A DNA stretch of 64,000 bases from Dicyema japonicum (lineage: Eukaryota > Animalia > Dicyemida). The stretch's first letter is position 1. The number at the start of each line of letters is the position of its first letter. The stretch lies in NCBI GenBank assembly GCA_011109175.1, contig RDEW01000027.1, forward strand, positions 860,277-924,276. The letters run 5' to 3'. This document shows positions 1-12,102 of the stretch, one piece after another. The notes beneath the pieces were generated by a model. That model was not told the DNA's origin and ran no database searches. It worked only from the letters and a program-made list of their open reading frames with translations. Position numbers and translations under genes: made by a program.

Positions 1-264
1 GGTTCGAATCTCGCTGCTGTTCACCTGCTGGAAGGTTCCACGCATCTACGATGCAGTAATGGTTTGACGAGTGACGCCGTCATCAGTGAATACTCACTGC
101 GGAACTGGATTTGTCTAGAAAGGACACTCACACAAGAAAAAGAAAAAAGAAGTGAAGATCATTCCTTGGTTCTACGATTAGTTAAATTAACTGTTCTTTA
201 CTTAAATAAAGTGTGTGTCCTGCCTATGCGGAGCTATAAAATACTATGGCTCTCGTGAAATGGC

Positions 265-296
<32 letters not shown>
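1..296 (+). mobile_element. tRNA-derived SINE, young copy (head cut by window edge), (TTA)n tail
   Basis: Starts at the B-box GGTTCGAATC, is ~98% identical to the reverse complement of 7043-7375 and ends in a (TTA)n run at ~267-296. Confidence 0.9.
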
Positions 297-297
<1 letters not shown>

Positions 298-419
298 CCC
301 CAAAGTGGCTATAGATAACCACGACTATAGATCTATTCCGCAACAAACCACCAACCTTTTATGGACAACCTAAAAATATTTTCCCAAAGGTAAGCCATAG
401 GAATGAGGATTATAAATTG

Positions 420-1030
420 GGGTTAATACTTCCTTTATGGCGCTGGAGTTGGATGAAATGCCGAAAAGTCTTCTACTAATGTCCAAGAGTTGGGGTCTGA
501 AGCTAGTTTGCTTGATGGAATGAGTTGATATAGATTTCATGGAAAATTAGAGGACAAAAAACAACGTCTTAAAAACGTTCAAATTAATCTTCGATGTGGT
601 AAAAATGAGGATAGGCAACATGGTAGACGACTTTTTTTTCGACTGTTTGATGAGATCACTTCAACATTGTCGAATTATCCCTATTATTATCGAACATGGA
701 TAACTCTCTAAAATCTGAAGGAATCCTATGTTTTACATACGACCATAATTTATTCTTCAACAATTTGGGGAAAAGTGCAGCTTCTGTAATTCTGCAAAGA
801 AAAGTGTTTTCCACTTTGGAAGCAAGGTGTGGTAAAATGATGAACATTGATTTTCGATGACATAATAAAGTAGTGAGATGCATACATCTGCATCTATGTG
901 GCAATATGGAATAAAACAGTCAAAGAGTTTGAAAAATCACCACGTGCAATCCACAGTCGCTATGAGGCTGTATTGATTCTAGTAGATACGACAGTAAGTA
1001 CCGATATCGATGGTTCTGATCGAAATTGAG
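420..1030 (+). mobile_element. Degraded R4/Dong-like non-LTR retrotransposon, C-terminal fragment
   Basis: With frameshifts reads RHNKVVRCIHLHLC..GIKQSKSLKNHHVQSTV..ILVDTTVSTD, homologous to the zinc-knuckle/pre-endonuclease segment at ~21.9-22.1 kb. Confidence 0.65.
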
Positions 1031-1879
1031 GCGCCTTGCAATATTTATTGAAAAAGTAGAAGTGTTTTTTTTTTAATTTTTTTCTTAGAAAAATTGAATA
1101 ATTTTTGAATGAGAAAGAGTTTTAGGCGATTGAAATTGAGGTTTTATTGCCTAAAATATTTCTGATATTATCTGATGAAAATGGAAATCAGTTATTTTCC
1201 CAATGAAGCATACTTGAAGTTTTTAATGCAAAAAATAGGCGAATTGTTTATCGTTGCAATGGTAATTGCGTTTGATAGACAGAATCTGGTACCATTGGTC
1301 AACTTACAAAGCATCCCCCTCTACGAAATTTTTTAAAATACTTAGAAATCACCAGATATATGAGAAGATTCCGAGCCCGTTATAGATGGTGGTTCATGAT
1401 GCTCGTCCTTGTCGATTCAGCCCCCCTTGTTGGCCTGGAATCATTTAGATGGGACATTCTTAACCAAGTAGTCCTGCAGCAATAATTCCTGGTGGAACTA
1501 AATACGATATCGCCTTTTGGAATTAGAAATTACAGGAGGCAACTTCAACATATAAAGGGTTACTCAAAGATGGGATGAGACTACCAGGGGCGAGATTAAC
1601 GACTTCTCGGACACGTTTGGGATTCTCAATTGGACTTGCAGATATAACGTCCGAATGGGCTGGCAGGCTGCCACCGGACACTTTGCAAGACATTGTAATG
1701 GAGCAAGAAGGTCCCTTCGCCGTGAAGGAAGTAAAGTCCTGCGGAATGCCAGGAACAAACCAACGGAAGATTATTTATCAACCCGATGGTCAACCAGCAA
1801 CGGAGTGAGCTATAGTGGCTGCCCGGTGACTAGGAAAGCTGGGCCTCTGTGAGAAGATCAGATGATTATTGAGCGAAAC

Positions 1880-2200
1880 ACGAAAGGCAGAATTCCTCCT
1901 ACCCACGAAACACAAGTCATTATTATTAACCTCAGGCTTACATTCTTTTGTAAGTCCAGCACAGTCATAACTAATTAATCCAAGGAAAAAACCCAAGGAG
2001 AACATCTGCTTTGCCGACCAAATCCATCTTCCAATAGTACATTACAGGCTTCCGCTTCAGAAGAAGGTAGAGAAGTAGATCCGCCTTTTTCCATTTTCAT
2101 CGCACCTCCTAACGTCGCGGACATCACTTCATTCTTCGGCGGAATGGTTTCCATAATGTAATCTTCACCAGAGGATTTAGTCTTCTCCCTGACTAAACCA
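1880..2200 (-). mobile_element. LINE 3'-end fragment, family A
   Basis: Clear nucleotide homology to 16320-16600 (+) and 27070-27300 (-); ends in ggggtt/aataataa-type tail. Confidence 0.65.
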
Positions 2201-2539
2201 GAGGTCGACTAAAAATATACTGATATTTACTTGATTTAATTAAATAATTTTTTTAATACAAAAGAAAAACGTAAAAACTAGCAGTAAGCAACTTCTGGCA
2301 GCTCTCATTAAAAAATTCACATTTTATAAGCGCAATTAGATATTTAAAATATTTTCTTATTCAAAAAACAGTGTCTAACGCATTGACTATGATTTTTTAT
2401 ACTTGGTCTAAAAAAATCCACTTATTCTTCCCAATCTAAAAAGATTGCCTTTCCTGGAAGGTCGCCTTTCTGATCTACCTCACCCGAGTTGATGGAAGTT
2501 CGACTGATGCTCTCCTGTAACATAAAACCAAACTTTGGA

Positions 2540-2870
2540 CCATCGAAGCCCTTGTCAAATTAACATAAACGAAAAAAGTAAAGGTCCTTGAACTCAGGAA
2601 CCTTTTGAAAAAACCAGGAGGCTGACAAATGCATACTTCAAGATACAAGACTGTCTACCTCCACTCACACCCCGTCTTCTATGGTTATAACATTACCCGA
2701 CGTGAGCGCCCATCTTGTCACGATGGCGGAGTCATCACACTAATCAGAAAAAAATTGCCAACGCAGATATAGAATATGTTCACTTTCCCCCTTCTGTGGA
2801 GTACATCATCATTTCAATTTCAACAAACGTTGGCAACATCACCATATTAAACATGTACTGAGCGCTGAGA
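2540..2870 (+). mobile_element. Degraded APE-endonuclease fragment of an I/Jockey-like LINE
   Basis: Reads YGYNITRRERPSCHDGGVITLIRK and ITILNMY, which are APE endonuclease motifs; interrupted by stops. Confidence 0.6.
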
Positions 2871-3369
2871 TATTCCCTTCTCTCCATTCTAAAATATCGA
2901 AGACGCTGGATTTACTTGCCTTCTTGAATCCGTTGGTAATGGTGAACGACCGTGGTGGTGAACCAAGAGAGGTGTTTTGGTTGCGATTCAACGTGCACAG
3001 ATACTATCGCAAACACATCAAGTCATCGTTGTGCTCGGGTTCAGTATCTAGTACTGCTAAAGATTTGAAAAAGAGGAAGTACCGTGGCAATGGTGATTGA
3101 CTAGCCATCCAGCATAGTACCAACAATGACACGATGCCTCTTAAGATTCATTTGAGTTAATAAGGGGATCAACAGAAGAAATTGGGGTCTCAAGTCGTTG
3201 CTCTTGACTGTGAGCAGACGTCCCAACATTTAGTTTATTTTTTTAAAAAAATTTATTCAGTCAGGGCCGGCCGTTATAAAACTATTTCTTAATTTTATTT
3301 TTATAAATTCGTTAACTTAACTTAAAAATGGGTTAAATAAAAGTAGTTATATTTAAGAAATATTAAAAA

Positions 3370-3452
3370 CGCATTGGACAGGATTCCTACCTGCGCGGGG
3401 CGAACCCCAGCAGCTTTCTAGGCTGCCGACTTAACCACTCAGCCACCAATCC
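3370..3452 (-). tRNA. tRNA-Ser(AGA)-like gene, probably a pseudogene
   Basis: Cloverleaf on the minus strand: GGATTGG/CCAATGC acceptor, GCAGC-CT-AGA-AA-GCTGC anticodon arm, GGGG-TTCG-CCCC variable arm, discriminator G. T-loop is TAGGAAT instead of TTCGAAT; G2:G71 and C11:U24 mismatches. Confidence 0.8.
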
Positions 3453-3739
3453 TTTTATATTGCTAATATTCTTCTTATAATCATTTCTATCATTTTAATT
3501 GTTTTTGTTGAATTTTTTGTTAATGATCTTTGTTTCAGGCTCTTTTTGCTAATTGTTCCTTTTTGTTACAATCATTTATGGACAAGCAATTAAAAGGGAA
3601 TAAGAATGACATAGCTGATTGTGTAGAGTTGCAAAATGGTGTAAAATTGGAACTTTAAGAAATTGTCTAGAAAAAATTAAGTTCCAAAATAAGGAAATTT
3701 AGTCTTTCTTTTACTTCTTTTTGAGAATCTTCACCAGCA

Positions 3740-4910
3740 ATCAACCTGACTTCTCTCTCTGACTGTGGGTTCGCCGGGTAGAAAATCCCTTTCCATTTTT
3801 TCGGATAAGGTCTTCAAGTTATGAGGGAATTAGTTTTTCTAGTTTTCCTAGATTATAATAGTAGTGGCTGTTAAGGCCTGAATGTCCCGATTCTTTGTTA
3901 GTTCGTCCAGGACAGGTTGATTCAGGCATAGCTGACAGATGGCTCAATGAATTGTTTGTACAACAATTTCAAAGCTGAGAAAGGGGTTTTAATGCACCGA
4001 AGATAGTTTTGATTATCCTTAGCTTTTTGAGCAGCTTCCAGAGACAGCGTCGACGTGAGATGAAAAGGAATGTGTGTGTCGAAGGTGATCCCCAAGATTT
4101 TCAGTTTTTCGTGAAAGGTATTTTTGTCTGATTGATAAATATATCCACTGTCATTTGTCCAAGTCGTTTGTCTGAGGTAAATAAAGGCGAAGAAGATTTT
4201 TCAGTAGATATATCAAGTCTGTTATAATTTAGCCAAATTTGAATCTTGTGAAGGAATTCTTGTAGTCTTTCTGATGCCTTTGGGATATCTTGATCGCGGG
4301 ATCCGATTAATAGTCATCAGCATATGATAGAAATCGTCTTTATTATCGTGTTGTGGTAAATCGGACATGTATAAGTTAAATAAGGCGGGTGATAAAGGGG
4401 AACCTTGTGGGACACCATTGGGTAGCAATCTTGAAACTGATTTGGTCCCATCCATGTATACCCGGGACCTTCTTCCATTGATGAAGTTGGCTAGCCAGAG
4501 TTTTATATTGGAGTTGACGGAGATGCAAACAATTTCTGGGTTAGGATTTTCCTGAGACAGACTCGAAGGCCTTTTGTAAATCGATCGAGCAAACGACAGT
4601 TTTGAGGTGGCAAGGATTTATATTAAAGTCTTCAAGGTTAAATTGGTTGAGGGAAGTTAGGTGGGTAGAAGTTGAATAACCCCTTCTGAATCCATGTTGT
4701 AGGATGAAAAAAGGAAAGGAAGGGGTTATAAGATTAAGAATCAGTTTTTCCAATAATTTTGATAAGGTGCATAGTAAAGAGATTGATCGAAATGATGCAG
4801 GACTGTCCTTAGGCTTCCCAGGCTTAAGGATTGGGCGTATATGGACAGTTTCCAGATAGTTGGAATTGTATTCATGTTTATTGAATAATTGAAAATCACT
4901 GTGATTGCAT
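3740..4910 (-). mobile_element. Degraded reverse-transcriptase fragment, I/Jockey-like LINE
   Basis: ORF pieces with QHGFRRGYST, SIDLQKAFESV and GVPQGSPLSPALFNLYM, separated by stops and frameshifts. Confidence 0.85.
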
Positions 4911-4921
4911 CAATTGAATCT

Positions 4922-5007
4922 GCTGATAGTTGATTGACTCATTGGATTTCCAGTTTCCCACACACTAATCGGCTGATAGTTGATTGACTCATTGGATTTC
5001 CAGTTTC
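4922..5007. repeat. 36-bp perfect direct repeat, two copies with a 14-bp spacer
   Basis: GCTGATAGTTGATTGACTCATTGGATTTCCAGTTTC at 4922-4957 and 4972-5007. Confidence 0.95.
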
Positions 5008-6539
5008 TTAGTCTCGTTCCGAGTTAATTTTGACTGAATCATTTTTTTCAATAAAAATTATTTTTGGAATTTTAAATATTTCACCAAATTAAAAAAATAA
5101 TAGGAAGCTAGAAGATACTTGTTCGCGCTCCGTGTGCACATGGTCTATCTCAGCGCTTCCGATTCGTTTTGAGTTCCTACCCTCAAAAATTTTAAAAACC
5201 AATCTCCCGATTTTAAATCTAATAGAATTTGAATTTTATTCAAAAATTAATTAGCTAGCTCTTTGAGACTTTTTCTGCCTTTTAGTTTTAATTAATTTTT
5301 TCGAAACGTGGTTTTTTGTTCGTTAGTGCAATTCTGAAATCGTTTTCACGGTTAGGACCGATTCGGTACTTAGTTTTTATATATAGTAGAGGTGAAAATC
5401 CAGATTCACGTTGTTTCAAATTTCACCAGAACTTGCAGTGCTCTTTTCGCATGGGTCTGAAGCCTAACTTGCGAACCGCAGTAAAAAACCTCCAAAGAAT
5501 TAGTCGTGCAACATTTTCAGTGATGTACATGCTTGACTAAAATCAAATTGTCTTTATCCTCATCTTTATCAATATGATTTATCCGGCACTCGACACTGCG
5601 TTAGAATGACAAAAAACTCCACATCTTGCTTATTTGAGTTTTGAAATAATCTAAAATCTTAAGAAAATCTCTTCAAAGTCTTTATCATTCTGCCCTCACT
5701 TGTTTATGGATGTGAAGGATAGTTCTTTATTCCGAGGACAAAGGGGTCATTCTGCTATAGAAAATTCAAGGAGAATGGCTATCAAATTTGTTCTCCAATT
5801 AATGCCTAATATAAAACTGAGTACGGATCATGGAATATTGAAAACTGTTAGAGTGTGGAGAAGAGGATTATATCTTTCCGTAAGAATTCATGTGGTTTGC
5901 CTTCAAATATCCAGATCATTGTAGATAAAACCAGTTGGGGAGGAACTACGGTGAAGACTCTAGACCCCTCAAGACAGAACCCATGTTATCAGAAAAGTCA
6001 CTCAACTATGACCTAACTATCCGTAAAAATAATTAACTAAGAGACCAGTGTGTTCACATGGCGGCTCTTCGCTTACAAGATTTATTAGCAAAATTGGACT
6101 GGAAGAGATTTAAACTCTGATCTTATGTCCACCTGACGATTTCTTGTTCAAAACTTCGGGTTTCCAATATTTCATGTGTCCTTCACCTCATCCATGCTCA
6201 CGAGAACAAAAAAATAAGAGTTTTCATTCATCACAAAGCTAAGTAGACATTCCATGCGACACAGGTACATCACCTCAACCTTCCAACCAATTGACCACTT
6301 ATTGGTCCTAAAAGATAAAAATTTTGCTATCTTAACATTACCGAACTAAACATTTAAGAACTCTGGATATAGCGGGAAGAAGTTAAGAGTTAACTCTAAT
6401 AAAGGTGTATCCAAATTCCACGGTCGGTGTGAGATGTATCCTTTCAAGCATCACGTCTATTCATGTCCACCCATGACAGAGCCTTTCCACTAGAGTAAGG
6501 TAGAAACACTGCATCAATCAAATCTTTTTTCCGAGACCA

Positions 6540-6700
6540 CCGTTAAAACGAAAAAAACAAACTAAGTGATCTGACAAATTTAATTCAGACTCTCAGCTTT
6601 GCTCGATGCTCTTGCCTCGATTCTACACAAGCTGGTCGGAGTCGGGTTTTCTTCTGATCACGTTTAATCAGGTCTCCCTCACGACTCTTTCGGATTAGGA
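6540..6700 (-). mobile_element. LINE 3'-end fragment
   Basis: Homologous to 60270-60420, which is the 3' end of the RT fragment at 60.4-61.0 kb. Confidence 0.6.
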
Positions 6701-7042
6701 TCTCCAAGGGTGTGACATCATGTTCTTTTTGTTCATAGACCACTTCTCAGTCTTTTTGTGTAACCACGCCCTTTTATGTGTAACCGCTATTTTCTGTGCA
6801 TTAATCCAAGAGATGTAAGGTCCTCACGAAGCACATGCATAGGGAAGGCACGGCTCAATGTACTGAGAGTAATTTGCTTTTAGTATGGTTGGTCTCTGTT
6901 ATGTTTTTTAGTAGTTTTATTTTTCTCACATTGTTTAACACATTTGCAACGCGTCACGAGAAGCACATATGCATATCACAGACCACTCCCAGGCTTCTTT
7001 GCCATTTCTTAACTGTCGGTGGAGATCAATAGCTAAATTATA

Positions 7043-7375
7043 ATAATAATAATAATAAAGCCTTTTCACGAGAGCCATAGTATTTTATAGCTCCGCATAG
7101 GCAGGACACACACTTTATTTAAGTAAAGAACAGTTAATTTTAACTAATCGTAGAACCAAGGAATGATCTTCACTTCTTTTTTCTTTTTCTTGTGTGAGTG
7201 TCCTTTCTAGACAAATCCAGTTCCGCAGTGAGTATTCACTGATGACGGCGTCACTCGTCAAACCATTTCCTGCATCGTAGATGCGTGGAACCTTCCACCA
7301 GGTGAACAGCAGCGAGATTCGAACCCGTAGCCTAAGCCACTTAAGCCCGACACCTAACCACTAAGCCACCCGGCC
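7043..7375 (-). mobile_element. Full-length tRNA-derived SINE (333 bp) with 11-bp TSD
   Basis: Minus-strand head GGCCGGGTGGCTTAGTGGTTAGG...GGTTCGAATC (A and B boxes) and (TTA)n tail. TSD GCTAAATTATA at 7032-7042 and 7376-7386. Confidence 0.92.
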
Positions 7376-7440
7376 GCTAAATTATATTATCTAAAAAGTG
7401 AAATGAAGAAAAAATTTAATTAAAAAGAATCAATTTACAG

Positions 7441-8666
7441 TCAATAAATATGGTAAACGTTACGGTAGTATAAATTGTTACGTTTTACCCGGCAAACAGC
7501 GTAAATACAGTCAAAATGCACCACAAACGAAACTGATAAACATTGGAGACTCAGATTGAAAAGAACATATTCCACAGTAATTTTTGAAAGGTCAAATTCA
7601 TTGGAAATAGATGGGTCGATGGACATCACCTGCATGAGCACACCATTAGTAAACACGGGGCTCTTCAAACTATTGATATCTCTAAATTCTCCCCATAGTT
7701 TGCATCAATGATATGTTCCGATCTTGGGATGCCGACGACTAGCCCCAAAATGTGCTCTGATATCTGTTGGTTCTGTATTGGATAGAATATCAGATTGGAA
7801 AAAACTGGTAGTGGAATTCGTTGGGTCACAACGACTCCTTCCTTCCAATCAAAGGTCATCACTCCGATGAAAGGGTATTCAAAGGACCGCATGTTTTCGT
7901 AGAAGATTGGAAAGACCACAACTTTGCTCTCGTTGACCACATAGTGTGCCGTAGAATAGCAAGGACTATCGGTTGTCCGCAATTCCGCGAAATGGGATAA
8001 TTTCACATCAAAAGTGTAAAGATAAGTTTTCACGGATCCGTCAAGCTCGGTGAGAATTCCATGAAACACAATTTTATGGCCGACAAAAAACGTGGTGTAA
8101 GAATTGAGGTTCCTTAGTTCAGGGAACTCAAATCTTGTCCATATCCTTTCTTTTATTCGGTAAAAAAAGACTAGGCCATTGAGGGAGTACATAATCTCAA
8201 GAAGGTACTGAGAAATGGGTCGAATAACATCGCTAGTGAGAACAAGGATGGGGTCCAATCCATCCATACAAAATGGCACCAGATGAGCCTTCGACGTTGG
8301 AGGTGGTCGAATGTGTCCCTGAACATCCACACAGGACCATGCTCGGTCTCCAAATAAAGAAAATTGTTCAAAGCGGTTTGAGTACCGATGATGATGGCAT
8401 CCTCCAAAACGGTAAAGAGTGTCCCCCATAATACAGAGTTTTTGCTCGTCGACTATTTCAGAATTAATATATTCTTCAGAAATACAGTCAGCCTTTAACG
8501 TCGAAAGGTTTTTGATCTTCTTCAAGAACTCCATCCTTCGTTTAGTTAGCATGTTCTGTATTAGGAAATTCCAGCTGCGACATACGAGCCTGAGGGAAAT
8601 CAGCTGTGGAGAGGGAATGTATTGAAGGATTAGATTCTGATGGTTCAAATTTATGTCGTCACACAT
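7441..8666 (-). CDS. F-box/kelch-repeat protein, FBXO42-like (frame change near 7690)
   Basis: N-terminal F-box (LILQYIPSPQLISLRLVCRSWNFLI) and kelch-like LYRFGGC / PPPTSKAHLV. The C-terminal ORF 7441-7668 is out of frame (indel or unresolved intron). Confidence 0.7.
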
Positions 8667-8789
8667 AGAACAACATAAAACAAAATTTAAATTAAATAAA
8701 TAATATTTAATTATTAAGAATAAAATGAATGTTTAATTTCCTGTTACTTTTTGAATATAATAAATTTCACACAGGCCCTTATCCAGAAC

Positions 8790-9330
8790 ACTCCAGTGAA
8801 TATAAATGAAGCAATCGGAACCACATACCGCCAGACAATCGCGTTGGCCGTGGAATATGCCTCTGCTACGTAGAGATTCGCGGTATCAGAGGCCACTATC
8901 CAAAGACTAAACTTACTGCAAAGGAAAACAATACGTATGCTGGGACCACAATGTGGAACAAAAATACCTCCCCGGTTGACGGAAACTACAACTCGTAGAT
9001 GTGGTTCCGGATCTCTTCGCATTTGCAAGGAAGATGGACACCCACTACGCCTCTCACTGTTCCACGCAAAAGAAAATCAGTTGGCTAAGAATTTTCCGTC
9101 CGCAAATTCCTAAGATCAAATATGGTCCGCATATCCAATTTCTCTGGGAAAAAGCCCACGCCTCTCCAAATTCTCATGAAAGAGGAACATCGTGGATTCA
9201 GAAAAACTGTGTGTACTATGGAAGATCACAGCAAAAGCTCTCGATCCTGTTGAGGTCAACCGGGATCACTTAATTAGTTGGTTTAACTCCTATCTTGGTA
9301 TTCCCTTTTTCAGGGTTAGATAATAATAAT
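8790..9330 (+). mobile_element. Degraded LINE 3' portion, family B
   Basis: Ends GGGATCACTTAATTAG...GGGTTAGATAATAATAA, shared with ~40260-40320 and ~12850-12910 (-). Confidence 0.55.
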
Positions 9331-9674
9331 AAAAAAGGCAGAAAGGGGAAAGCGACTAAGCCGATAATCATCTTGTTCGCTTTCACTTATAAAAACTAAA
9401 TTTGAATGACTAACTCCAAATGACTTTTAAACACTCAGTAGATCGCCACCGCGAAAGAGAATTGTTTTTAAAAAACACAATATTAGTGATTTAATCAAAT
9501 TGTCAATGAGAAATCGATTTAAGTCAATTCTCAATTACGCATTTAGAATTGCGAATAATTATGCAACTATCGTTCACGACAATGACCTCTTTTTCTTGGC
9601 AGATGAAGCATGATTTGTTATTAATGTCTTTGATTCTGTTTATGACTAAAACCACAAATTGGCACAATAAAGGC

Positions 9675-9900
9675 TTAAAAAATAAGGGGAAATAAATAGT
9701 AATTTAGGCAGCATAAATGGCTGTTTCCTCTGACAATAGATATCGAAATACGCGTCCGAAGCCATCTAGGCTCGAATTGATCATTGGTGACTTTTTGGAT
9801 CATTGAGTCGATCCGACGGACTAAATCGCCCGGTTGTGAGCTAAGGATTCCTGACGTTTCAATACCAAAGGGGACAAACAAATGGTCCTTCAAAATACTT
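9675..9900 (-). mobile_element. CRE-like (restriction-like endonuclease) retrotransposon, C-terminal fragment
   Basis: FVPFGIETSG...RWLRTRISISIVRGN is the typical C-terminus of CRE-like RLE elements. Confidence 0.75.
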
Positions 9901-10494
9901 TAGTACTTCTTTCTTATGTGATCCTCTACTTGCTTAGAAGAATAGCCAAGGTCTGATGGGGAGGCTTAAATGAACCTCATTTTTTTGAAATAAAGTACCT
10001 TCAATAATAGAATGATATTCCATTTATAGAGACTCTACAGCCCCGATCGTCCGTCTCTGAATTCCTTAGTTTTATTTCTTTTCTTCGACTTCTCCTAGTC
10101 TTCAGACTCTGTTAACCTTCGACAGATCACTGATAAGTACTGACAGAATGTTAATGACCAGAGGAATATCACTTATCCCTAATTGCTAAAGTCGCCTAGT
10201 ATATATCATTGAAAACGCTTTCGTATGCGTTTTTAGATATTCCGGCATAATATTAACAATTACTACAACCACAGGTGCAGTTTCTGAGATATATCAAAAA
10301 CCAACAACAAGCATCAACAAATTAAAAATATATGAAATTTTAAAATTAATAAATTTTATATAAAACTTATTTAATCTTAGAATCAAAAATTTAGTAGAAA
10401 TATTAATTAAAATATATAATCGATTAATTTTCGAGTTACTATGGAAATATATTGTTATTTTTGATTTTATAATTATACATTACATGAACTGCGA

Positions 10495-12102
10495 ATGAAA
10501 AGTACCAATTGCGGATTAAAATTTAAGGAGATTTTAGCAAGGACAAAAAGCCCAACTTCTCTCATGCTAAATCTGAAAAAACACGTTCAAATCTCATGAA
10601 AGAAAAGATTTCTGATCATAAAGAAACCACTAAAGAAGAAGAAAACCGCAACAATCTTGGAAAGGAAAAAACCGCAGAGAAAGAACTGGAAAATAATGAA
10701 GATGAAGATAAAGAATTCACCTCAAACAGTTATGAGCCATATGGAAGGATCCATCAGCGAATCAAAAGTAGTAGTTTGCGAAATAAGCATTCATCAGTGT
10801 TGTTCCCAATCAAAACCAACTGGGCCCGTCTAAAGTTTTCGTATAACTGATCGTAGAAGGGAAAAAACCGATTGGAACAGTCTACTCAGGTTTTTTCCTG
10901 ACAAAAAGCTCAATTTTTACTTTGGTACGTGGAACATGAATGACCAAAAAGTATACATTACATAAATTCTAAGACTCTTCCAGAGAGGCTGATGGAGTTT
11001 ATTCTACCGCTAGAAATTGAATGGCTGGGGGACATTTATATAATAACAACCCAGGAAAGCACATCCATGATGTATTTTGCGATTGTGTGAGAATAGTCAT
11101 AAATGGGTGGTGGCAATTCAACGGATCCTCGGAATTTACTACTATATGCTCACTCACTCCCAGTTCGGCAGTCTGAGTACTCTCATATTTGTTCGAAGGG
11201 ACATTCTGTGGTACTGTGCCGGTTTTCGTTTTATCTTATCGCTTGACAGTTCAGTCCGTTCATCAGATCTCTACACGTGCTGGTTCCAAGATAAAGACCA
11301 AAGGGGGATTGGCTGTCAAACTAATTGTTTTTGGGACTCCGTTTATCATAGTCAACTCCCATCTGACATGTAGCTTTTTTATTCTAACAAAAGCTGGGGA
11401 TGAAGAGGTTGAGGCTCGCATAAACGACTACAACAAGATCTTTGCCTTCGTCAAAGAAAATTTTCAAATAAACCCGGAAATAGACAACATCTTCTGGTTG
11501 GGAGACTTGAACTTTCGTTTAAACGGAGATCTGAAGGATATTAGACCAATATTGTCGTCTTCAGCCATGGAAGAAAAAGATAAAATAACTGAAATGATCA
11601 AATTTGATTCCCTCAAAACTTTGATTGAGTCAAGTTTTATGGAAATTTTCAAATTTTAGAAAAAATCTTTGAAAACTTCATCGAGCCTTCCATAAAATTT
11701 CTGCCCACTTATAAGGTAGACCTGAGCACGAATCAATACGTCTATAATCGAAGGATACCAGCGTATACTGTGAGGGATTTCAATGATATCTAGGACAGAA
11801 TTTTGTACTGTCTGAGTCAGAATATGAAAATATCCTGTCTTCATTACAACAGTGCTGTGCTGTACACGTCAGATCACAGGCCAGTCTATGCATTTTTCGA
11901 GATTTTTATGGAAGAAAATAACTCTGACAAACTGTACGCTAACTGTTGAACTTTAGCTGCGGCTCAGCCCCAGGAGGATACGCTAGAAAAGTTTATAAAA
12001 AGGGTAAGATATTAAAAATTATGTTTAGTTGTTCCTCAAGAACGAAAGTCAAGTCGTTTTACGCAAAAAGTGAAGACCACTTCTTATTGCTCAATTCTGT
12101 GA
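10495..12102 (+). CDS. INPP5E: Phosphatidylinositol polyphosphate 5-phosphatase type IV, multi-exon
   Basis: Splices without frameshift using 22-28 nt GT-AG introns. Motifs GTWNMNDQK, FVRRDILWYC, KIKTKGG, FWLGDLNFRL, PAYTDRILY and SDHRPVY; ends in CaaX CSIL. Confidence 0.9.

Noticed and set aside
5130-5530. Possible structured ncRNA (snRNA, RNase P or MRP-like)
   Set aside because: No diagnostic U1/U2/U4/U5/U6, 7SL or P4 motifs could be matched by eye; an Infernal/Rfam search would be needed.
7225-7265. Hammerhead ribozyme in the SINE (CTGATGA)
   Set aside because: The motif is antisense to the SINE, and the required stem II-GAAA core is absent (GTCAAAC instead).
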